Shown here: positions 30,090 through 37,488 of the stretch, one piece after another
How the letters are laid out: the number at the start of each line of letters is the position of its first letter
Numbering within the stretch: position 1 is the first letter of the stretch
Source of the DNA: a virus
IMG/VR virus record: IMGVR_UViG_3300045988_159560
DNA: 37,955 nt
Strand: one strand, 5' to 3'
The notes under the pieces: generated by a model
What the model was told of the DNA's origin: nothing
Seen by the model: only the letters and a program-made list of their open reading frames with translations
The model's database searches: none
Position numbers and translations under genes: made by a program

Positions 30090-30422
30090 ATGGACGCATA
30101 TCTGCAAATACTGCGTCAAACGACCGGGTTGGAGTGGATTTCGGAATATCGGTTCCACCCGCCCCGTCGCTGGCGGTTCGACTATGCCTGTCTGGAGTTG
30201 AAGATCGCAATTGAGGTCAATGGAGGCAACTTCGTAGGGGGTAGACACTCGAACCCGGTGGCTCTCGGAAAGGAGTACGAAAAGATGTCGCAGGCCGCGG
30301 CCGACGGATGGGCTGTTCTGACATGCACCCCCATGTCAAGGGGACTTGAGGTCATGCGATTCGGCGGCGACGCATTCACGAGAATACTGGCAGAAGCCAT
30401 AACAAATCGAAAACAACTATAA
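30090..30422 (+). CDS. PD-(D/E)xK-superfamily nuclease (DUF559/Vsr-like fold), possible resolvase
   Basis: 110 aa. RRWRFDYACLELKIAIEVNGGNFVGGRHSNPVALGKEYEKMSQAAADGWAVL fits the pattern FD...IE(V)xG...H...(E/D)..K...GW.VL. Confidence 0.5.
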   Translation: MDAYLQILRQTTGLEWISEYRFHPPRRWRFDYACLELKIAIEVNGGNFVGGRHSNPVALGKEYEKMSQAAADGWAVLTCTPMSRGLEVMRFGGDAFTRILAEAITNRKQL

Positions 30423-30423
30423 C

Positions 30424-30624
30424 ATGGGGAATGAATTGGAATTTGCAGTGGCCATCTTGGCCATCATGTTGACGCTGGAGACATTTGCGCTGCTCTGCGT
30501 ATTGGTAGGAAGAATACGCCTGCCCGTGGACCTCGATAAAGAGGTTCAGAAAGCCGTGGAGAAGGCATTAATGGAGGTCGTAAAAGATTCGACCGCCGAG
30601 AATTTTCCAGCCAAAAAGCTATGA
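30424..30624 (+). CDS. Small single-pass membrane protein
   Basis: 66 aa with transmembrane helix FAVAILAIMLTLETFALLCVLVG. Confidence 0.45.
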   Translation: MGNELEFAVAILAIMLTLETFALLCVLVGRIRLPVDLDKEVQKAVEKALMEVVKDSTAENFPAKKL

Positions 30625-31130
30625 ATGCTCTTAAAATTACCGTGTCTCTTCTGATCGGGCTGGCAGTAGGTGTAGTGGGGGGTCGATGGTTATGGCCGGC
30701 GGACCCTATCATCGACCGGCAGGTGGCGACAGTGTACTACGAAAAGCCTCAAGCCGGGCCGAGCACCTACCACTCGGTAACGGTGCGGGTACCCAATCTG
30801 GTGTTTGCTCCGGTCGATACAGTGACAGTGACGGAAACCAAGATCGTAAAAGTGGGTCCGGATAGCACTGAATTACAGGTAGCTGTAGAGACGCGACCGT
30901 ACTCAGGCCCGGATTGGTCGGCGCAGGTGAGCGGCCCGGCCATCGGAGACCTCCACCCGCAGTTGGATTGGATGAAGGTAAATCAACAGACGCAGGTCGT
31001 GCAAGGCCCGATTCGAAAAACCCGGTGGGGGATAGGAGTGCAGGCAGGGTACGGCGCGGTACTCAAGCAGGATGTGAGGCTGTACCCCTATATTGGAGTA
31101 GGCGTATCTTACAATATAATCAGGTGGTAA
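30621..31130 (+). CDS. N-terminally anchored envelope protein with an outer-membrane-protein-like beta-strand C-terminus
   Basis: 169 aa. N-terminal helix ITVSLLIGLAVGVVGG. The C-terminus WGIGVQAGYGAVLKQDVRLYPYIGVGVSYNIIRW ends in an aromatic residue, like an outer-membrane-protein beta-signal. Confidence 0.4.
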   Translation: MNALKITVSLLIGLAVGVVGGRWLWPADPIIDRQVATVYYEKPQAGPSTYHSVTVRVPNLVFAPVDTVTVTETKIVKVGPDSTELQVAVETRPYSGPDWSAQVSGPAIGDLHPQLDWMKVNQQTQVVQGPIRKTRWGIGVQAGYGAVLKQDVRLYPYIGVGVSYNIIRW

Positions 31131-31309
31131 TGAAACAGCAGGAGGAAGAATACAACTATGGCTGGAAAGTCATAGAAGCGGAGTTTCACCGTAGAGCCGA
31201 CGAGCTGTTTGATTTTCAGTTCAGGCGAAGATTGGAATTTGGAACCGACGTGGCGGATGAATACAAATATACCTCCACCAATAAGAACTATAAAAAAAAG
31301 AAACGATGA
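31130..31309 (+). CDS. Small hypothetical protein with a basic tail
   Basis: 59 aa from ATG 31130 (MKQQEEEYNYGWKVIEAEF...KNYKKKKR). Start and stop overlap the neighbouring genes. Confidence 0.4.
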   Translation: MKQQEEEYNYGWKVIEAEFHRRADELFDFQFRRRLEFGTDVADEYKYTSTNKNYKKKKR

Positions 31310-31476
31310 AAAAGTGGACTTTGATTGCCCTGATCGGGGCTGCGATAGTGCTGATCGCATTGTCGCTTATCAGTAAGACGATGGGTTACGTTATCGTAGC
31401 CGCAATGGCCGCAGTATTTGTGGCGTATGGTCTCTTGTGGGCCTACACCAAGTACTGGCCGAGATCGTCGAAATAA
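31306..31476 (+). CDS. Small two-helix membrane protein (holin/antiholin-like), below the ORF-track size cutoff
   Basis: My translation is MKKWTLIALIGAAIVLIALSLISKTMGYVIVAAMAAVFVAYGLLWAYTKYWPRSSK. It is the last gene before the bidirectional terminator. Confidence 0.4.
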   Translation: MKKWTLIALIGAAIVLIALSLISKTMGYVIVAAMAAVFVAYGLLWAYTKYWPRSSK

Positions 31477-31482
31477 CAAAGG

Positions 31483-31508
31483 AAAATAGGGCCATTTGGC
31501 CCTATTTT
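31483..31508. terminator. Bidirectional intrinsic terminator between the convergent operons
   Basis: aaaatagggcc-attt-ggccctatttt forms an 11-bp perfect stem with an A-run on one side and a T-run on the other. It lies between the stops at 31476 (+) and 31532 (-). Confidence 0.8.
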
Positions 31509-31531
31509 TACATATATGCTCGAATAACCGA

Positions 31532-32536
31532 TCAAGGGTACGTGTTTTTACCGTCGTACGTCACGAAAGAATACGAGCTTACCATCCACACTCCGTCTAC
31601 GATCAGGATGGTTTGAGATGGAATATTTATAAGATAAGTTGTGGTGTTGTTGGGCTGAGTAAGGGTCAGCGAAAGACCAAAATTGGTCTTGTTGCTCACC
31701 ACAATTTTGATAGGCACCCCCTCGGAGGACGGGGGTGTTTCCGTGGTAATGGTTATGTTGCGGGCCCGACCCGATGCTTCGATCACCAGCCATGCCCACG
31801 GAGTAGCGTGAATGGTGGTGTCTGCAATCGTAGGCCGGTAATAGGGCATATAGGGCATGCCGACAGCAAATGCCATCTTACTGCTGGTCACGGAGCCGGG
31901 CGCCAAAATGGAGTTGGTCACGGAGCCGGGCGCCAAAATGGAGTTGGTCACGGAGCCGGGCGCCATCTTGGGGGTAGTGATGGCGGAATCGGCTACTGCC
32001 TGCGTCTGCACGATGTTTGCAGGCAGGTTGTTGTCGATGTAGTCCCAGCGCCACAAGGTGCTGATGGATTTTACGTAGGCGATCCATGCCGTGGGTTTCA
32101 TCATTCCCGCAACCGCGCCGTCCACGATCTCCCACAGGCCAGTTTCGGCTTCGTAGTCGGTCGATGTTCCCGTTTGCTTGGCCGTAGTGACCATGAGGGA
32201 ATAGACGATGTTCTGGTAGTACGATTGTCCCGTGGACGAGGTTCGGGGCTCTGCCGTGTCGTTCTGGGCTTTGGCATACAGATAGCTGCCCTTCGGGATA
32301 GAAAGGGTATCACCGTTCGGAGTCGGGAAAAACTTGCCGTACATCAGCACGCCGCCGCCCTTGTTGATTCGCAGGGAGGTGTTTTGAGGGCCTATCACTC
32401 CCTTCAAAATGCAGTAGGGAATCGGGCACGGCCACGCGCCCATCATGCCGAAGATGGTGTCGGCCATCGCGGCAAGGTCCGAGACGAACACCCGGTTGCC
32501 GTTCGAAGTGGCTATGAATTTCTTGATTGTTGCCAT
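31532..32536 (-). CDS. Tail fibre / receptor-binding protein with 10-aa tandem repeats
   Basis: 334 aa, the last gene of the late operon. It contains APGSVTNSIL-APGSVTNSIL-APGSVTSSKM. Confidence 0.55.
   Translation of the reverse strand: MATIKKFIATSNGNRVFVSDLAAMADTIFGMMGAWPCPIPYCILKGVIGPQNTSLRINKGGGVLMYGKFFPTPNGDTLSIPKGSYLYAKAQNDTAEPRTSSTGQSYYQNIVYSLMVTTAKQTGTSTDYEAETGLWEIVDGAVAGMMKPTAWIAYVKSISTLWRWDYIDNNLPANIVQTQAVADSAITTPKMAPGSVTNSILAPGSVTNSILAPGSVTSSKMAFAVGMPYMPYYRPTIADTTIHATPWAWLVIEASGRARNITITTETPPSSEGVPIKIVVSNKTNFGLSLTLTQPNNTTTYLINIPSQTILIVDGVWMVSSYSFVTYDGKNTYP
31886..31968. repeat. 30-bp tandem repeat, about 2.8 copies (ggtcacggagccgggcgccaaaatggagtt)
   Basis: Two perfect units at 31886-31915 and 31916-31945, plus a partial third unit. 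Confidence 0.95.
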
Positions 32537-32541
32537 GTTGG

Positions 32542-33000
32542 TTAACCGTTAAATTCGGTGATTTTTTTCTTGTCGTCTACGCGGTAGAGATCGACATGCA
32601 CCCAAGAGGTGTCTTTCTCCAGCCGGATAGGATAGGGAAGTTTGGATGCGTTTTTTTTGAGGATTTCCCGCACGTTGTGAGAGGGGATGGTAGTGGAGAA
32701 GTCGAACCCCTGCGCGAGCATATGAGCCGAGACATACAGCAAGCCGGAGCGGGTTTTCGACGCCACCAGATCGCAGATGTTGCATCGCAGGCCCCGCTGG
32801 CTGTACTGACCTCCGCCCACCCAGTTGTTGATGGTCATGGGAAGGCCGAGGATGTTGCGGATGGCCACGAGCGTTTCGAGAAATTCATTGGAGAAATACC
32901 GCCATGCCTTCTCGCCGTCGCGCTGGTAGACATGAGGACATACCAGCTCTGTTATCTTGAAGTTTTTCTGAACTTCGGCAAGCAATTCTGATCTTTTCAT
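32542..33000 (-). CDS. Endolysin, peptidase M15 family (zinc D-Ala-D-Ala carboxypeptidase/L-alanyl-D-glutamate peptidase type)
   Basis: 152 aa. SAHMLAQGFD gives H-x6-D, and WVHVD supplies the zinc-ligand pattern. It is adjacent to the holin. Confidence 0.7.
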   Translation of the reverse strand: MKRSELLAEVQKNFKITELVCPHVYQRDGEKAWRYFSNEFLETLVAIRNILGLPMTINNWVGGGQYSQRGLRCNICDLVASKTRSGLLYVSAHMLAQGFDFSTTIPSHNVREILKKNASKLPYPIRLEKDTSWVHVDLYRVDDKKKITEFNG

Positions 33001-33004
33001 ATCG

Positions 33005-33499
33005 TTATTTTTTGATTAAGTCCTCCATGTCTTTGGCCACGTCCTCGTCCCAGCGCTTCGCCTTGTTGATGGTGAACTGCCGGAGCCACAAGAACAGTTT
33101 CGAACCAGAGAGATAGGCCGCGTTTTCGCAAAAGGACCACAGCTCCGTAAAACATACCATCGCGCAGAGAATATTGGGAAGCCGGTCGGCGCCGAAGTCC
33201 CCGCCCAGCACGTCATTCCCGATGACATACAATCCGGCGACCGCCATTGTGCAGAAGCCAAATTTGTAGATCGTGCGCCACGCCGCGTCGGAGTAGAAGC
33301 ACCAGCGCTTCCCGGCGGCGGTCACCCGTTTGTAGGATGCCAGACAGCCGATGACGAAGTCCGTCATGATGAAACATACCATCACAAGGACCAGCGGCCC
33401 GATGGGGGCGAAGTAGCCGACGAATCCCAACCACCAGTTGTTACCGAGGGTTTTCACGTAAGGCAGAATCGTGTCTTTGAGGATAGAGGCGAGAGACAT
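33005..33499 (-). CDS. Holin-like multi-pass membrane protein
   Basis: 164 aa with three or more hydrophobic helices and a charged C-terminus (RWDEDVAKDMEDLIKK). It lies immediately upstream of the endolysin. Confidence 0.55.
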   Translation of the reverse strand: MSLASILKDTILPYVKTLGNNWWLGFVGYFAPIGPLVLVMVCFIMTDFVIGCLASYKRVTAAGKRWCFYSDAAWRTIYKFGFCTMAVAGLYVIGNDVLGGDFGADRLPNILCAMVCFTELWSFCENAAYLSGSKLFLWLRQFTINKAKRWDEDVAKDMEDLIKK

Positions 33500-33505
33500 G
33501 GGAGT

Positions 33506-34012
33506 TTAATTTACAACTATTGAATATTGGATTCCATAGGCCACAAGGGCGTTCAGGTCTGCGATAAAGTCCGGGTAGACGTCCGCGTTTTTAAGCCCGG
33601 CGGGGATGGTCACGACCGGAGCATTCGCCGTACTACCGTATTGATAGAACTCCACGCCCTTCGACATGTCGGCCGAATAGGGGAACATTAGGGTGCCCAG
33701 CGACATATCGGAGCTGTATGGGAACATGAACGTGTCGAAAACGGGGGCCGTGGTGACGGTTATCTCCCCGAAGTCCCCGTAGTAGGCATTCAGGTAGGCT
33801 TGGATGGAAATACAGCTGCCGTCGTTGGCCGCCAGTGCATAGTATTTCTTGCACCACGCCTCGTATGATTCGATCTTCGGGAACAGCGGCGCCAGACAGC
33901 AAAACAGGAACTTGTAGAACACGTTCAGCGTCGGACTGGAGTCGTGGTTGAGCGCATACTGCGGACGCAGGATGTTGAACAAAAGCCACGGTATGGATAG
34001 ATGTCGAAGCAT
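33506..34012 (-). CDS. Hypothetical baseplate/tail-module protein
   Basis: 168 aa. Its ATG overlaps the stop of the upstream gene. Confidence 0.45.
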   Translation of the reverse strand: MLRHLSIPWLLFNILRPQYALNHDSSPTLNVFYKFLFCCLAPLFPKIESYEAWCKKYYALAANDGSCISIQAYLNAYYGDFGEITVTTAPVFDTFMFPYSSDMSLGTLMFPYSADMSKGVEFYQYGSTANAPVVTIPAGLKNADVYPDFIADLNALVAYGIQYSIVVN

Positions 34013-34806
34013 TACCGGATAGGATTAAATACTACGATGTCAGTCAGGTTTTGCAGTGCCGCGCTGAAATTGAAGTAGCCGGATGCCGGCGTCAGAATGC
34101 CGTTGGTAGGCTCGGCGCCGTCGCAGGTGATGCCCACGAAGTAGGCGTCGCGCACGCCCGGCACGCCGGCGAGGGCGGTTTCGATGTCGTTCACGAACAC
34201 CGGGGAGTCGCCGAGCAGGGTTCCTTGCGTGGTGATAAGGATTTCCTTCACGCTGTTCTTGATCTGGGACAGCGAGTAGGTGTCCAGATAGCGGATGAAG
34301 AGCTGGGTGGTGGTTATGATGCTGGGAGTCGGCGACGAGATCATCATGCTGATGCCGAATGCCGATTTGGCCGTCATGTAGTTTGAAAACTCCGCCAGCT
34401 GCTCGGCCGTGAGGGCCACGTTGTTGCCGTTCGCATCCTGCGTGCAGACGTGCATGTTGATGACGTTTTTCTGCGCATCCACGCGAATGGCCACCTGCTT
34501 GATGATCTGCTTGGCCGGATCGACCGTTTCGTAGCCGTAGGCGTACTTGGACGGATCGACAACCACCAAGTTGTCGCCGGTTTGGAACGCCAGCGCCGTG
34601 TCGATGTAGTACTGCTTCCCCATGACCCGCAACGTTCGGGCGGCCGTCTCGATCACAACCTCCGAATTGGACTGATTCAGGAGAACAGTATTGATGGTCT
34701 CGGCGAATACCGCGGCCAGCCGGCGCCAGATGGCTGAATTGCTGGTGCTCGTGAGCGACGAGATGGTTTTGACGATGTTGGCTACTATTTGTTCATAAGT
34801 GGTCAT
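34012..34806 (-). CDS. Baseplate wedge protein (gpJ/gp6-like)
   Basis: 264 aa in the baseplate module. The C-terminal IETALAGVPGVRDAYF resembles J-family motifs. Not verified. Confidence 0.4.
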   Translation of the reverse strand: MTTYEQIVANIVKTISSLTSTSNSAIWRRLAAVFAETINTVLLNQSNSEVVIETAARTLRVMGKQYYIDTALAFQTGDNLVVVDPSKYAYGYETVDPAKQIIKQVAIRVDAQKNVINMHVCTQDANGNNVALTAEQLAEFSNYMTAKSAFGISMMISSPTPSIITTTQLFIRYLDTYSLSQIKNSVKEILITTQGTLLGDSPVFVNDIETALAGVPGVRDAYFVGITCDGAEPTNGILTPASGYFNFSAALQNLTDIVVFNPIR

Positions 34807-34821
34807 AAAGATTTCATTAAA

Positions 34822-36780
34822 TTAAGGTACGTACGTGAAATCCAGAATAGGCATGATGGAGCCGCGCATGGTGTTGAACTCGATCGCCGGCGCCGTCATG
34901 ACGTAGTTTTCGATTGCTACGGACAGCGTGAGGGTGCATCCATCATCGGCGAGCGCCGATAGAGGTATGCCATGCTGGGTCTCCAGCTTTTGTTGCATGT
35001 CAATCCACAGATCACTTCCGGAGAATATGTAATACGACCAACCCAGCTCGGTGATTTGGAGGGTTATTTCAACCGTATCCGAAACGTCCTCGGAGCCTAC
35101 GACCTCAAAGTCCCCCAGCGACGGGATATGGACGTTGTAGGTGGGCTGGAAATAGGAGTTGATAATGCCCGGCGTAAGGTCGTTATTCGGCGCGAATACG
35201 GGGTAGATCGACGGCAGGTTGTCGCCGTAGCCGGCATTGTAGTAGGTTTCGTAGACGGCCCCTTCCGTCGGCGCCGCAACGTTATCTGCCAACGCCAGCG
35301 AACCGCCGATTATCGCATCGTTCTCGGAATAGAACACCACGTACAGTCCGGCCACGCTGGTGATGGCGGTAGGCAGCGGCAGGTCTATGACGAGCCGAGC
35401 CGACGTGTCTTTTTCCACGATGTTGTAACTGAGAATTTCGCCGTTAAGGTACACTACACCCACCATCGTAGTGGGATCGGCCACTATCTGGGTCATCATC
35501 GGCCAGCAGCGAAGCTTCACGTTGTTTTTCGTTTTCGGAGGCCCTCCCCACGCTTCCGGAATGTTGGCGTAATCCGCAAAGTTGGGGGAATTGGTAAAAC
35601 AGAAGTCGTATTGGATAGGCAACGCAAATCCTAATTCGGGGGTTCTTTCCCACAAATGAACCTTCTGGCCGTTGACCACAGTATAGGGAGGTTCATTGGT
35701 AGCGGCGGGGGGGGTATTATAACATTCCTTAAAACTGTAAGCCTTTTTGCAATCGTCAAAAACGTTAACAGGCGGGTTAAGAACAGCGCAGTTTTGAAAA
35801 ACACGTTGCGCACGCTGAATATTCGCACACCCTTTAAAAACATCGGTGACGTCTGTTAATGACTTGCAGTCTGTAAATAGGTCGACCACCAAATTTAAGG
35901 TGGGACAGTTCTGGAAGGCCCCCACTGCTGACCGTATGCGTACGCCACAAAACGCAAAATGTGCATCCCTAAGCTTCGGGCAATCGGCAAACAAATAGTC
36001 CACGTTTCGGATTTGATAATCAAAACAAAAACACGATCCGGCGTCATCCAACCGGGGGCATCCTCTGAACATCTGGGGCGGTATGGAAGCAAGACGCCAG
36101 CAATTCATAAACATGGAATTGCAGTTTTTGATATTCGGTTTTCCCGCGAACGACCCTACCACTTCCGTCAGATATACGCACTTGTAAAAGCCATTATTCC
36201 ACATTCCGGATGGGCATGCCGCGTCGGCATTGGTAAGGTCTACCTTAATGAGCGCCTCTTTGAATACCTCAAGGCCAGAATCTTGCAAGACATTACCGAA
36301 ATGTTGGCTTGTGCCCAGAAACGTCACCACGACTTCTCCGGTGGTTCCGGCGGCGTAGTTGTGACCAAACAGACCGTCGGTTTTGATGTACTCTACGGGT
36401 GTTCCGTCGCCCCAGTTCACATGGCCTTCGTTGGTGTTATCCGCATTCAGGGAAAGGTATTTGCCCGCGATCTTCGACCCGTCAAAGGTATAGATGATGG
36501 AGCCGACATCGCCAAGCATAAATTCCAGCTGTTCCATCTGCTTGTTCAGGTTGTCGAAAGGCAGGGATGCACTGTTGAACGGCCGGGCGTCGGCCACCGA
36601 TACGGCTTCGCTGTTGTATACCACGTCCGGCACCTCGATGATGCGACCTGCCTCCAGCTGCGGGGTGTAGGTGTCGAAGCCGTTGGCGTTCATTATGTCG
36701 TTGATGGCACGCAGTGATCCGGTCGTGTTGTAGCACACGTCCATCAGCGTATCACCGGATTTTACTTTGTAAGTTGCCAT
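34822..36780 (-). CDS. Baseplate-associated protein with an N-terminal LysM domain and FxxCxxL cysteine-containing tandem repeats (BspA/LRR_5-like)
   Basis: 652 aa. LysM: YKVKSGDTLMDVCYNTTGSLRAINDIMNANGF...GRIIEVP. Repeats: MFMNCWRL, MFRGCPRL, LFADCPKL, FQNCPTL, FTDCKSL, FKGCANI, FQNCAVL, FDDCKKA. Confidence 0.6.
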   Translation of the reverse strand: MATYKVKSGDTLMDVCYNTTGSLRAINDIMNANGFDTYTPQLEAGRIIEVPDVVYNSEAVSVADARPFNSASLPFDNLNKQMEQLEFMLGDVGSIIYTFDGSKIAGKYLSLNADNTNEGHVNWGDGTPVEYIKTDGLFGHNYAAGTTGEVVVTFLGTSQHFGNVLQDSGLEVFKEALIKVDLTNADAACPSGMWNNGFYKCVYLTEVVGSFAGKPNIKNCNSMFMNCWRLASIPPQMFRGCPRLDDAGSCFCFDYQIRNVDYLFADCPKLRDAHFAFCGVRIRSAVGAFQNCPTLNLVVDLFTDCKSLTDVTDVFKGCANIQRAQRVFQNCAVLNPPVNVFDDCKKAYSFKECYNTPPAATNEPPYTVVNGQKVHLWERTPELGFALPIQYDFCFTNSPNFADYANIPEAWGGPPKTKNNVKLRCWPMMTQIVADPTTMVGVVYLNGEILSYNIVEKDTSARLVIDLPLPTAITSVAGLYVVFYSENDAIIGGSLALADNVAAPTEGAVYETYYNAGYGDNLPSIYPVFAPNNDLTPGIINSYFQPTYNVHIPSLGDFEVVGSEDVSDTVEITLQITELGWSYYIFSGSDLWIDMQQKLETQHGIPLSALADDGCTLTLSVAIENYVMTAPAIEFNTMRGSIMPILDFTYVP

Positions 36781-36783
36781 ACT

Positions 36784-37488
36784 CTAATCAGCTTGCATTA
36801 CGATGGATGTTGCGAAGTATACGTCGTCGCTCCCGGCTTGGATATTCCAAAACGGCGAGTAGGTGAGATGATACCCGGTTTTGGCGGCCTGAACGTTGAT
36901 GGTCACCTGCTTGAGCGACGCATTATCGCCGTTCCAGATGTATATATCATGATGGCCTGCCGCGGAATCATCCGGAATTTCCCCCACCGAGGTGGGTGAC
37001 AACCAATCCGACTGCGTGCCGTCGGGCAACGTGTAGTTGATCTTGATGTCAACATCCGACAAATACCCGAAATTGCCACCGCCTACTTGTATGGCTATGC
37101 GCACCTCGATATTGCGTTGTGTTTTGTCCGGCGGCGGGGGCGTGGGAAGGATAAGATCAGGATCGGGTTCGGCGACGGGGTATTGGGCGTCTACCGAGAC
37201 GCTGTATTCGCCGAAGTTCTCGCCCTCGGTGATGCGGATGTCGCAGTAGTCGGCGCCGTCCTTTATAACCTGCCGCTTGGCCGTGGCGGCCAGCATGGAG
37301 ACGTAATCGGGCCGCGCGTTCAGGGCGAAGGTCTCGAACCCCACGCCGAACTGAGGTTGCAGGATGTTGACGGGGTTTTTCAGCAACATGAGCGTGGCGT
37401 TCTGAATCGACGGATCGACCACAACGGCAAAATCGCCGTTGGAGGTGCCGATGTCGTTGTTTTTCAGATCGAAAATAATGTCGCTCAT
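36784..37488 (-). CDS. Baseplate wedge protein, gp25/GPW-like N-terminus plus an extra C-terminal domain
   Basis: 234 aa from ATG 37488 (MSDIIFDLKNNDIGTSNGDFAVVVDPSIQNATLMLLKNPVNILQPQFGVGFE). A PTPPPPD linker is followed by a ~130-aa domain. The ORF-track extension to 37767 is Arg-rich noise overlapping the spike gene. Confidence 0.5.
   Translation of the reverse strand: MSDIIFDLKNNDIGTSNGDFAVVVDPSIQNATLMLLKNPVNILQPQFGVGFETFALNARPDYVSMLAATAKRQVIKDGADYCDIRITEGENFGEYSVSVDAQYPVAEPDPDLILPTPPPPDKTQRNIEVRIAIQVGGGNFGYLSDVDIKINYTLPDGTQSDWLSPTSVGEIPDDSAAGHHDIYIWNGDNASLKQVTINVQAAKTGYHLTYSPFWNIQAGSDDVYFATSIVMQAD

Noticed and set aside
31886-31968. Diversity-generating retroelement targeting the tail fibre
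   Set aside because: The repeat is a simple in-frame tandem duplication. It is not a template/variable repeat pair with adenine-specific differences. No reverse transcriptase (YxDD) ORF exists anywhere in the complete genome.
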